A DNA stretch of 51,410 bases, from positions 1 through 51,410 of the forward strand of contig JBMYUM010000001.1 in assembly GCA_049605375.1 (NCBI GenBank), given 5' to 3'. The notes beneath the pieces are model-generated. The model was not told the origin of the DNA. It ran no database searches and saw only the letters and a program-made list of their open reading frames with translations. Of the stretch, positions 16,683 through 24,525 are shown piece after piece; positions within the stretch are counted from its first letter, which is position 1, and every line of letters begins with the position of its first letter. A program made the translations under genes and the position numbers. This stretch comes from Phycisphaerae bacterium. GTDB taxonomy: Bacteria > Planctomycetota > Phycisphaerae > UBA1845.

Positions 16683-16992
16683 CGCGAAGCAAATGGCGAA
16701 GGTGAGGTACGATCCCAAGGTCAACTTTCGCAAGTGGGTCGTCATCTTGAGCGGCGTGCAGGCCGAATTCCATACTGAATGTGATGCAAATGAGTTCGCC
16801 AGCGCAATCAATGACGCGATTGAGAATGAAGGCATAACGCGGTCCGCGTCGAGACTCGGCGAAGGGTGCAAGGCGGGAATTGAGTGGGCAGCGCTGACGC
16901 TTCGTAAGGTTGCCGAGTCGCATGACGAGAAGCAAATGAAGGCATTAATTGATGCCGCCGTGACCATCGAAGCCAATGCGGAGTACGTGTAG
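16675..16992 (+). CDS. hypothetical early protein, paralogue A
   Basis: AGGAGG (16661-16666) upstream. Shares ECDANEFASAINDAIENEG with ECDDGHEFATAINVAIDAAKADG of the gene at 17574. Confidence 0.6.
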   Translation: MSDAKQMAKVRYDPKVNFRKWVVILSGVQAEFHTECDANEFASAINDAIENEGITRSASRLGEGCKAGIEWAALTLRKVAESHDEKQMKALIDAAVTIEANAEYV

Positions 16993-17309
16993 TGAGTCGC
17001 AAACCACTCTCGTTATGCGGTCGATTGCGTGCGTGGATGTCCTGTGTGTGGCTGAGAGTCATGGGCGCCGACTCAGGAAATTCGGCTGCGGAAGCTCCAG
17101 GAAACTCAGACACAGGCGCTGGATCTGTTTATGTGGACTACTGTCCGGGATGCGGAGAGGGATTCTCTGATTGGTTCACATGGACAACAGATGGCATGAG
17201 GTTTTGTTATCCATGTTGGTACTACGCAGGCATGGTGTTCTTGGAGGACGGCAGCAGATTCCGTGATGGAAGTGGTCCAGGAGACAGGTATCGGGGGCAA
17301 TTGCGATGA
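16992..17309 (+). CDS. small Cys-rich protein
   Basis: Contains YCPGCGEGFSDW ... FCYPCWYY. Non-ATG start, and the N-terminus is uncertain. Confidence 0.4.
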   Translation: MSRKPLSLCGRLRAWMSCVWLRVMGADSGNSAAEAPGNSDTGAGSVYVDYCPGCGEGFSDWFTWTTDGMRFCYPCWYYAGMVFLEDGSRFRDGSGPGDRYRGQLR

Positions 17310-17581
17310 GTGACTATCCCAAGCTGATGAGAGTGGAAGCCACGATCTGCGAAGCGTGTTTAAAGGGCGAAGGTAGCGAGTGCCATACGCCCGGTTGCAG
17401 TTTGATCCGTTCGAGAAGCCCCGATCTGGACTGGCGCGACAGCGTGCTGCTAAACGACGGATACATCGAGCCGCTTGAAGACTGGCTAGAGCGCCGGAGT
17501 AAAAGAGTAGACGCATGGCAAGCGGCCTACGGCAGGATCGACATTGCTTCTCGGAAGACGAAGGAGGCGGGTGATGGTTGA
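17306..17581 (+). CDS. small Cys-containing protein
   Basis: ATGA overlap with the previous gene. Contains CEACLKGEGSECHTPGC. Confidence 0.5.
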   Translation: MSDYPKLMRVEATICEACLKGEGSECHTPGCSLIRSRSPDLDWRDSVLLNDGYIEPLEDWLERRSKRVDAWQAAYGRIDIASRKTKEAGDG

Positions 17582-17906
17582 CGCGAGCGATGTGGTGAAG
17601 GCTGAGCCCTACGGGGTAGGGAAATTTACCATCTTTTTCAACGGGCACGTTGCAGGCGTCATGGAGTGTGACGACGGACACGAATTTGCGACCGCCATAA
17701 ATGTGGCCATTGATGCGGCGAAGGCCGACGGGCTCGAACATGGCTGGCGACTTGGAACAGATCGCGGGCGATTGGGCGGGCTCAGGTTTGCGGTTCTTGT
17801 TGCGAGGGCTGGGTGCTCAGACGTTACTGAACGCGGTACGTGCGAACGAATTGCTGACAACATTGAGTATGAAGCGAAGAAGCTGGAGGCCAGGCGAAGC
17901 CACTAG
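17574..17906 (+). CDS. hypothetical early protein, paralogue B
   Basis: ATG 17574 follows AAGGAGG (17561-17567). Paralogous to the gene at 16675-16992. Confidence 0.6.
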   Translation: MVDASDVVKAEPYGVGKFTIFFNGHVAGVMECDDGHEFATAINVAIDAAKADGLEHGWRLGTDRGRLGGLRFAVLVARAGCSDVTERGTCERIADNIEYEAKKLEARRSH

Positions 17907-17947
17907 GTCGCTGATGGAAGTATGCCGGGCGTACGCGAGGCACTGCA

Positions 17948-18295
17948 TTGCACCGCATCTACCAATTCGACTGTGCGATGTGCTGCGATACCGGCACGTA
18001 CTTCGACATTCTGGAAGTCGAGAAGTCATGCACCTCGTGTGATCGAGGGGGCAATATTGAGCCGCTGAGACGAAAGGCGATTGAGTTGAGCACTGACCAC
18101 ACATTGCCGAGCGATATACGCAAACGCTTCGAGAGCATCTTCACGGTTCTAGGGCTTCCTGCGAGACCCTGTAAGCGATGTGGGCGAATCATCTACTTCG
18201 TCGGCAAGAAACCGTACACGGATGATGGTGTTTCTCATTACGTGGATTGCCCCAAGGCGAGCGACCTTGGCAGGCCCAACCCCAAGTATGCGTAG
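17948..18295 (+). CDS. Cys-rich (double zinc-ribbon-like) protein
   Basis: Contains CAMCCDTG ... CTSCDRGG ... CKRCGRIIYF ... HYVDCP. TTG start is uncertain; ATG 17978 is an alternative. Confidence 0.45.
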   Translation: MHRIYQFDCAMCCDTGTYFDILEVEKSCTSCDRGGNIEPLRRKAIELSTDHTLPSDIRKRFESIFTVLGLPARPCKRCGRIIYFVGKKPYTDDGVSHYVDCPKASDLGRPNPKYA

Positions 18296-18476
18296 TGTGC
18301 TGTGCTGGTTCCACGGTCATCGGTGGTTCATGGCGGGGAAGGTCGAGCACGGCGGCCGGTTATTCCACTGTCGGCGCTGCGGGCAAATGGTCATCAGTAA
18401 CCGCGGGCTTCGTAAGGTGCCCGGATGGAGATTGTGCCAAGGCTTTCGATTCGAAAGGGCTTGGCTTCAGATTTGA
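18288..18476 (+). CDS. small prophage protein (CWFHGHRW ... CRRCG; DUF1660-like pattern)
   Basis: ATG 18288 overlaps the end of the previous gene. 62 aa. Ends in AWLQI-stop inside the 20-nt repeat. Confidence 0.45.
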   Translation: MRSVLCWFHGHRWFMAGKVEHGGRLFHCRRCGQMVISNRGLRKVPGWRLCQGFRFERAWLQI

Positions 18477-18613
18477 GTGCCCTGGACAGACTGGTGTGTG
18501 GCTAAGGGGTACGCGGAGTATGAGTTGCAGGATTCAGAGCGACTTCGAACAGTTTGGAGAGATTGCAGTGAATGAAATCGATCAGGTAATCGACAAGCTG
18601 TCGGAGAGGCTGA

Positions 18614-18895
18614 ATGAAGAGAACTCGTAGTGTGATTGATTGGTGTCATTGGAGAAAGGAAGAGGCTACTACCCTAAGCTGTGGAGGGGTCAGTTTTAGG
18701 GTGCGGCACCAAAGGGGCGAGCCTCCATTAATTGACGACACCAGCCCTGATCAGATTGACCTTTTCATTGCTGAAGTTAATCGGGAGATCGAAAAAATAA
18801 TCAGCGAGGAAATCGAAAAGGCCAGATTTGAAGGATGGCTTCAGGGTGCGAAGTCGTGGCGTGATGCTGTCCTAGCGGATGAAGATGATGAGTGA
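18614..18895 (+). CDS. hypothetical acidic protein
   Basis: 93 aa with an acidic C-terminus. No motif recognised. Confidence 0.45.
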   Translation: MKRTRSVIDWCHWRKEEATTLSCGGVSFRVRHQRGEPPLIDDTSPDQIDLFIAEVNREIEKIISEEIEKARFEGWLQGAKSWRDAVLADEDDE

Positions 18896-18933
18896 ATGGC
18901 TTGGCTTCAGATTTGAGAATGAGGGATTGTCAA

Positions 18934-19446
18934 ATGCTAATACACAAGGGGATCATTGCCGCTGCAAACGCGGCGGCAAATCTAATCGGGCAGCAGAGTT
19001 TCTTGGGCTCTGTCAAAGTCAGTCCTACTGCGGATGGCTGCGTAGCTGTGGCGACGAATGGCGTCTTGATTGCGTCTGTTACCACGCTATGGGACCAGCT
19101 CCCGTCTGAAGCCAAGGCAAACTTTGACGAGTGTTGCAAGGAACCTGCCAGATTTCCTAAATGCGAGGCGGTTCTTGAAGAATTTGACTACGACAGTTCG
19201 GACTGTGTGCAAATCTCCGTCAATGCAAAGTATCTAGCCGATGCCATGCAGGCCATTGCCGATTTGGCAATTCCCACTGAGTTCGACGAGGTGGAAGATG
19301 AGTTTGTCGAATCCGAACCCCCAGTTGTGGTGCTCCGCATCCCAAAACAGAAAGGTAAGCCGATTAGGTATGATGCCCATCTCCAAAAGCACTCCGTGTC
19401 TGGAGTAATCATGCCGTTCGCGAATCCAACGGATTCGAAGGTCTAG
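18934..19446 (+). CDS. short sliding-clamp (DnaN beta-clamp)-like protein
   Basis: ATG 18934 lies 7 nt after GAGGGA. 170 aa. Motifs occur in clamp order: VAVATNGVLIA (like ATDGHRLA), FPKCEAVL (like FPDY..VIP), ISVNAKYLADAM (like FN..YLLDAL), GVIMPF (like VVMPMR). It is about half the length of a bacterial DnaN. Confidence 0.5.
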   Translation: MLIHKGIIAAANAAANLIGQQSFLGSVKVSPTADGCVAVATNGVLIASVTTLWDQLPSEAKANFDECCKEPARFPKCEAVLEEFDYDSSDCVQISVNAKYLADAMQAIADLAIPTEFDEVEDEFVESEPPVVVLRIPKQKGKPIRYDAHLQKHSVSGVIMPFANPTDSKV

Positions 19447-19536
19447 CGGAATTCCACGGTGGTCTTTTTTGTGCTCGGGGAGCCAATGATCACCGTGGCG
19501 TCAGGGCCGTAGCCGTGCCGGTTCTGATGTACCAGT

Positions 19537-19556
19537 AGCGGCACAGGAGCCGCTTT
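19537..19556 (+). terminator. weak intrinsic-terminator candidate after the early operon
   Basis: AGCGGC (19537-19542) / ACAGGA / GCCGCT (19549-19554), followed by TT. 6-bp stem only. Confidence 0.25.
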
Positions 19557-19754
19557 CACCATGCGGCGCCTGCTAGACACGGTCGCGGGCGGGCGTCGAC
19601 CGCAAATCAACCCCGCCCGTGACATTATTGATGACATGGACGTTCGCTGTGTTGGCGAGCGATTTCGGATCTGGCATGGTCCCGGTGCCAGGTCGTCAAT
19701 TGGTACGGGACGATGGTGCGTGGCCCACAAAGAAGTTTACAGCTCTAAACGTCC

Positions 19755-19779
19755 GGGGGCGGGCTGTTCGCCCGCCTCC
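19755..19779 (+). promoter_or_regulatory. strong GC hairpin 50 nt upstream of the beta-helix gene
   Basis: GGGGGCGGGC (19755-19764) / TGTTC / GCCCGCCTCC (19770-19779). 10 pairs including one G-T. No U-run follows. Confidence 0.3.
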
Positions 19780-19828
19780 AATTCAAACACGCGCCACATC
19801 GAATTTCAGAACTTGAGAAAGGAATCTC

Positions 19829-21142
19829 ATGCACATCGAAACAGCTCAGCAGTCAATCAGAAGGACCAAGAGAATCACCGACATCGTTGGAATGACAGCA
19901 TGTGTGCTGGTCTCATCCTTGGGTGCCCAAGCGGAACAAACAGAGAAGCCGGCATCAGGCAGTACCGCACTCACGACCGCCATTCCCGACGGAATCCCGC
20001 ATTCGATTGTGGTGGAGTACCAGGAAGATGATGCGACAGAGAAGCTGCAGGCGGCATTGGATTCCGGGGCAGCTACGGTGCGAATCCCGTACGTCGGCAA
20101 GCCATGGATCACGCGACCGCTGTCGATCCGCAGCAAGACAAAACTGACGCTCGATCCAGGTGTTGTGCTGATGGCCAAGAAGGGGGCATACAAGGACGTT
20201 CATGACTGTGTCCTATCAGCTGAGCGAGTGCAAGAAATCGGCATCTACGGCGGACCAGGCGCCAGAATCCAGATGCACAAGGACGACTATCTCGATCAAT
20301 CGGCTTACGAGAAATCCGAATGGCGACACTGCATCCGGCTTCGGGGTGTCAATCGAGCCTACATCCATGGTCTGTCGCTTGTTTCCAGTGGGGGCGATGG
20401 GTTGTACGTCGGCCCCACCTGGGATGACGATCGTGTCCCCTGCAGCAACATCAAGGCCTTCGAAATCGACTACATCGACAACACCCGGCAGGGCCTGACA
20501 GTCGTTGCAGCCACAAGCAGCCACTTCGGGGCGTCGAGGGTGAGCCTGACGGGGGGGAGGGCGCCACAAGCTGCCATTGATATCGAGCCAAGCAGCCCGA
20601 GTGATCCGATCGATGTCGAGCTCATGGATTGGCATATTTCGACCAACGAAGGATCGGGCCTGTTGATCGTACTGGACAGGACGGATCCCGATTCCCGGAT
20701 CAGCGTGAAAGCATCACAGTTCTACATCAGCGGTACGCGGCAGGCCGCTGTACGCATGAAGTCGGCGGGTGCTCGATCGGCGGCCGGGAGGGTTTCGCTG
20801 TCGAATTTCGTGATCGAAGACATCTCGCACGAAGGGCTCAAGCTGGAAAACTGGAATCTCGGGACGAACTACGACGTGGTGCTCGATCGGATCGTCATGT
20901 CGGACGTCGGGCAGGATGTGCCCACGCCGATTTCGTTCGGGTTCATCGGTGATTCCATGGGGCGGGGAACGCTCTTGATCGGCGACTCGGTTCTCTACGA
21001 CCAGGGGGCACGCGAGAAGGTCAATGCGTCGATCAATGGCGACATGCCTGCGCCACTCATTGGCAGGCTGGAAGTGGTGACGAATGCTGTGCCGGCGGCA
21101 TCCTTGCCATGGGCCCAGGCTTTCGCGATCAACTATCGGTGA
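19829..21142 (+). CDS. secreted right-handed beta-helix (pectate-lyase-fold) protein, polysaccharide depolymerase-like
   Basis: 437 aa. N-terminus SIRRTKRITDIVGMTACVLVSSLGAQAEQ looks like a signal peptide, possibly Tat-type. ATVRIPYVGKPWITRPLSIRSKTKLTLDPGVVLMA and repeated short beta-rung-like segments (IHGLSLVSSGGDGLYVG ...) fit the pectate_lyase_3 / beta-helix fold. Confidence 0.7.
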   Translation: MHIETAQQSIRRTKRITDIVGMTACVLVSSLGAQAEQTEKPASGSTALTTAIPDGIPHSIVVEYQEDDATEKLQAALDSGAATVRIPYVGKPWITRPLSIRSKTKLTLDPGVVLMAKKGAYKDVHDCVLSAERVQEIGIYGGPGARIQMHKDDYLDQSAYEKSEWRHCIRLRGVNRAYIHGLSLVSSGGDGLYVGPTWDDDRVPCSNIKAFEIDYIDNTRQGLTVVAATSSHFGASRVSLTGGRAPQAAIDIEPSSPSDPIDVELMDWHISTNEGSGLLIVLDRTDPDSRISVKASQFYISGTRQAAVRMKSAGARSAAGRVSLSNFVIEDISHEGLKLENWNLGTNYDVVLDRIVMSDVGQDVPTPISFGFIGDSMGRGTLLIGDSVLYDQGAREKVNASINGDMPAPLIGRLEVVTNAVPAASLPWAQAFAINYR

Positions 21143-21319
21143 TCACAGGATTTAGAAAATACTTGGCTTAGGATATCGGATCGGATATCACAATGGGAAA
21201 GCAGGGCGTGCCGGTTGTGCACGGTGACCAGCACGTTCGGCACGCCCCGTGGGCCTTGGCCCCAAGAGGAACGGGACCAATGATGCGATCGGCAGGTCGA
21301 CGGAGCGAGTTAAGCTGCC

Positions 21320-22090
21320 ATGGCGGATCGTTACAAAATCGATGGTGGGGTCGATAATCTTTGGTCATCCACCAGTAATTGGTCAACGGTGTCCGGTGGG
21401 TCGGGTGGTGCATCAGCTCCCGGCCCGTCGGATTTCGCGTACGTGGATGGCAACTCTGGTGCCTCGCCTGTGCTCGAGCTCGGTGCCAACACCTCGGTTC
21501 GGAATCTCCAAGTCGAGAACGATGCTGCGGCCTCGACCATCATTGATCTGGCGGGATTTGCTCTGACGGCCGGTGATGTGGGCCTTGCGGCTGGTACGCT
21601 CAACCTCAATGGCGGCAGTGTGACCACCAAGACGCTGGAGACCGGTACCACCGGCGCCAAGATCACGGGCATCGGGGGCGAGACCTTCGAGATGACGCAG
21701 AAGGTTGGGCTGTCGTTTGATACCCGGTATCTGGCCGACGATGGTGACGACATCGCATTTGGAACCGAATCAAACCCGTGGCGAACGCTCTCAAAGGCAG
21801 AGACATTCCTGGTTACCGGCAAGCGTTGCTTGTTCAAGCGGGGCGGGGTGTTCCCGGTTGCGGATGGCTTCGTGTTCGATCCGGACGGTGGATTTCTTGG
21901 CGCCTACGATACTGGCGATCTGCCCATATTCGAGCTACCGGCCGGCGGCGAGCTGATCCTTGGTACACCGGGTTCAACCTGGACGTGGTATGAATCGGTC
22001 ATCCGTTTTGCTGCAGCTGTCGGCGGTTCGCTGAGGCGGCAGGGCATGACTGGCGGAATGAACGAGCTTACGGGAGGCATTCAAGGATGA
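21320..22090 (+). CDS. virion/fibre-associated protein with autotransporter-type beta-strand repeat-like N-terminus
   Basis: 256 aa. NLWSSTSNWSTVSGGSGGASAPGPSDFAYVDG ... LELGANTSVRNLQV resembles the W..NW motif repeats of beta-helical surface proteins. Overlaps the next gene by 4 nt. Confidence 0.5.
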   Translation: MADRYKIDGGVDNLWSSTSNWSTVSGGSGGASAPGPSDFAYVDGNSGASPVLELGANTSVRNLQVENDAAASTIIDLAGFALTAGDVGLAAGTLNLNGGSVTTKTLETGTTGAKITGIGGETFEMTQKVGLSFDTRYLADDGDDIAFGTESNPWRTLSKAETFLVTGKRCLFKRGGVFPVADGFVFDPDGGFLGAYDTGDLPIFELPAGGELILGTPGSTWTWYESVIRFAAAVGGSLRRQGMTGGMNELTGGIQG

Positions 22091-23943
22091 AGCTGCTCGT
22101 CAAAAAAGGGACTACCAATTACACCGTTGCCATCTTCATCCAAGACTCAAGTGTGACGGATGGGAGCGGCTTAACGGGTCTCACATTCAATTCATCCGGG
22201 CTGATTTGCCGGTACTGGCGTGAAGGGGCTGCGAGTGCAGCTCTGTCGCTCGTTACACAAACGGTGACAGGGGCACATGCCGACGGTGGTTTCGTAGCTG
22301 TCGATGGCACCAACATGCCGGGGCTGTACCGACTGGACCTGAGTGACGCCATTCTGGCTACTGGTGTCGGCAAGGTGGTCGTCATGCTGCGAGGCGCCAG
22401 CAACATGGCACCGGTCCTCCTGGAAATCCAGCTGGTCGACTTCGATCCGAACGATACGGTGAGGATGGGGCTTACCTCATTGCCGAACGCGGTGGCTGGT
22501 GCCGCCGGCGGGCTGGCGAATGATACCGATGCCAACGGACGTGTCCGTGTCGTCAGCGGTGCATCAGCGGGGGAGATCGCCCTGGCATCAGGTAAGGTCG
22601 ATGTCGGGAACTGGAACGGCAGTGCGGTGACCAATGGCGTAGGCAATAGGCCTGCCGTCGATGCAGAAGCGATCAGCGGGTCGACAGCCGCTGCGGACTT
22701 GCTGGAAGGTCAGGTCGCACAGCTGCTCAACATTTCGAGCATCAAGGCCAAAACGGATTCGCTCACGTTCACAACCACCAACAAGGTGGATTGCCGTGTC
22801 GACAATGTCGCCGGTACAGTTGTCACTGGGCCGAATGACTTCAAGGCGGATGTCAGTGGCACCGCAACGCAAGCAGCCGTCGCTGCTATCGACACGCTCG
22901 TCGCGGCCATCAAGACCAAGACAGACCAGCTGGGCTTCACGACGCCGGGCAAGGTGGATGCCCGGATGGACAATGTCGCTGGTACGGCCGTCAGTGGTCC
23001 GGATGATCTCAAGGCAGACGTAAGCAACCTCTCAACGCAGGTCTCTGTGAATGCCCTAGATACGCTGATCAACGCCATTAAGGCCAAAACAGACCAGCTG
23101 ACGTTCTCGACCAGCAACAAGCTGGACTCTCGGGTGGACTTCGTGGGAGCGGTTGCGGTGACAACACCCAACGACATGAAGGCTAATACCGCAAGCCTGG
23201 CCACCCAGGCGACTGTCAATGCATTAAACGTGCTGGTCGAACTTGTCAGGGCAAAAACTGATCTACTGAACTTCAGCGGATCGGACGTCCAGGCCACACT
23301 GGGTTCGGAAGAGGTAACCGTCGGCTCGATGTCGACTGGCGCCTTGGCCCAGTTCGCCAACGAAGACACCGGCGAAACGGGAAGCGTGGCGGGATCAGTA
23401 GCGGCTCTGGCGCAGGGCTCCGGTGGAGGTGTGACTGTGTCCGATGTCACGCAGGCAGCATTGGCCAAGTTCGTGACGCAGGATACGGGACAGAGTTCTG
23501 CTGCGTCTGGATCAGTGGCAAAGCTCGCTCAGGCAACCGGTGGTGTGGGCGGCGGTGGTGAGACGACCATCGTCCTCGGCCCGGTTGTGGCAAGCAAAGA
23601 CCCTGGCAATCGGGTTGGGGCACCAGCAACGCTTGAGATGTTCCAGGGATCAGCCAAGACCTTCACGCTGTCCGTTCTTGATACGGCCGGGCAGGCGATC
23701 GATCTGTCAGCATTTAGCCTGCGGTTCGTAGTGCACGATGAGAACGACCCGACTGCCCTGGTGTTCGAGGTCACATCAGGCTTTGCGCTGTCAGACAACA
23801 ACACAGTGGCAACGTTCACTGTGCCCGCGTCTGCGTCAGTGAACGCCAACAAGAACCTCAACTGGAAACTATGGGATTACGATGGTGATGTGCTGTCGCA
23901 CGGTTCGTTCCGCATCCTGCCGGCGGCCACGGCAACGAGCTAA
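22087..23943 (+). CDS. fibre-like structural protein with three and a fraction 56-aa tandem repeats
   Basis: 618 aa. Repeat unit is KAKTDxLTFTTxNKVDxRxDNVAGTxVxGPxDxKADVSxxxTQxxVxAxDTLxxAI. Gly/Ser-rich linkers. The C-terminal approximately 120 aa are beta-rich. Confidence 0.65.
   Translation: MKLLVKKGTTNYTVAIFIQDSSVTDGSGLTGLTFNSSGLICRYWREGAASAALSLVTQTVTGAHADGGFVAVDGTNMPGLYRLDLSDAILATGVGKVVVMLRGASNMAPVLLEIQLVDFDPNDTVRMGLTSLPNAVAGAAGGLANDTDANGRVRVVSGASAGEIALASGKVDVGNWNGSAVTNGVGNRPAVDAEAISGSTAAADLLEGQVAQLLNISSIKAKTDSLTFTTTNKVDCRVDNVAGTVVTGPNDFKADVSGTATQAAVAAIDTLVAAIKTKTDQLGFTTPGKVDARMDNVAGTAVSGPDDLKADVSNLSTQVSVNALDTLINAIKAKTDQLTFSTSNKLDSRVDFVGAVAVTTPNDMKANTASLATQATVNALNVLVELVRAKTDLLNFSGSDVQATLGSEEVTVGSMSTGALAQFANEDTGETGSVAGSVAALAQGSGGGVTVSDVTQAALAKFVTQDTGQSSAASGSVAKLAQATGGVGGGGETTIVLGPVVASKDPGNRVGAPATLEMFQGSAKTFTLSVLDTAGQAIDLSAFSLRFVVHDENDPTALVFEVTSGFALSDNNTVATFTVPASASVNANKNLNWKLWDYDGDVLSHGSFRILPAATATS
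22744..23286 (+). repeat. 168-bp (56-codon) in-frame tandem repeat, 3 full copies plus a partial one
   Basis: Protein residues 220-275, 276-331, 332-387 and partial 388-400 of the 22087 gene align by eye. Confidence 0.7.
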
Positions 23944-23976
23944 TACCACCACGATCACACGTAAAGAGATAAGACT

Positions 23977-24465
23977 ATGACTGAACTCATGTGTTTAGGT
24001 GATGGGGTGTTGGATACGCCTTACTTCGTCGCCCTGATGATGGCGGTCCTCGCCTGCCTCCTGATAGTGCACTGGCATGCTGTCGCTCAGTCGAAGCGCC
24101 TAGAGGCGATGGGCGTGCGTATCCGCGGAATTGCGGACGTCATCGAGGAGCTCCATAAAGTTGAGCTCACAATGACCCAAAAGTATATCTTAAAGCTCTG
24201 TAACGCTTCGTCCCTCCATCTTAGTGAGATTCGCTTCAGTCCCACAAGTTGGCGTGTTTCTAATGGTGCTACATGGTCACCTGAAACTCTTGAATGCCCG
24301 AGTCGTGCCAAGCGAGAGTTTGAAGATCTCGCCACGTTGGGATTAGTGAAGATCTTTGAGGGCGACTCCTTTGGGACTCTGTTTCGACTGACTAATCTCG
24401 GCAGGGTCGTACGCGACAAGCAACAATACTGGACGTACGAGCCCGCGCGGACGGGTCCTTCCTGA
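23977..24465 (+). CDS. membrane-anchored hypothetical protein (AT-richer)
   Basis: 162 aa. One N-terminal TM segment (YFVALMMAVLACLLIV). Visibly lower GC than its neighbours. Confidence 0.5.
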   Translation: MTELMCLGDGVLDTPYFVALMMAVLACLLIVHWHAVAQSKRLEAMGVRIRGIADVIEELHKVELTMTQKYILKLCNASSLHLSEIRFSPTSWRVSNGATWSPETLECPSRAKREFEDLATLGLVKIFEGDSFGTLFRLTNLGRVVRDKQQYWTYEPARTGPS

Positions 24466-24497
24466 CGGGGGCGTCCGCAGGGGCTTCGCCCACCATC

Positions 24498-24525
24498 GGT
24501 GCGTTTTTTTTCGCACCAAAAAAAA
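24498..24525. other. GGTGCG-T8-CGCACC-A8 structured element upstream of the packaging genes
   Basis: Two mutually exclusive hairpins are possible: GGTGCG/CGCACC with a T8 loop, or T8/A8 with a CGCACC loop. Homopolymer runs of 8 are rare in this GC-rich sequence. Confidence 0.3.

Noticed and set aside
19443-20031. ORFs 19443-19730 (minus) and 19561-20031 (plus) in the early/late gap
   Set aside because: They are Arg/Pro-rich low-complexity translations that overlap each other and the start of the beta-helix gene. None has an RBS. I treat the gap as non-coding.
21166-21190. GGATATCGGATCGGATATC near-repeat upstream of the 21320 gene
   Set aside because: It is short and imperfect, neither a clean palindrome nor a clean direct repeat, with no second copy noticed elsewhere.
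22710-23468. 252-aa minus-strand ORF inside the fibre gene
   Set aside because: It is antisense to a repeat-containing structural gene. Its periodic Ser/Thr/Ala sequence is a mirror of the sense repeats.
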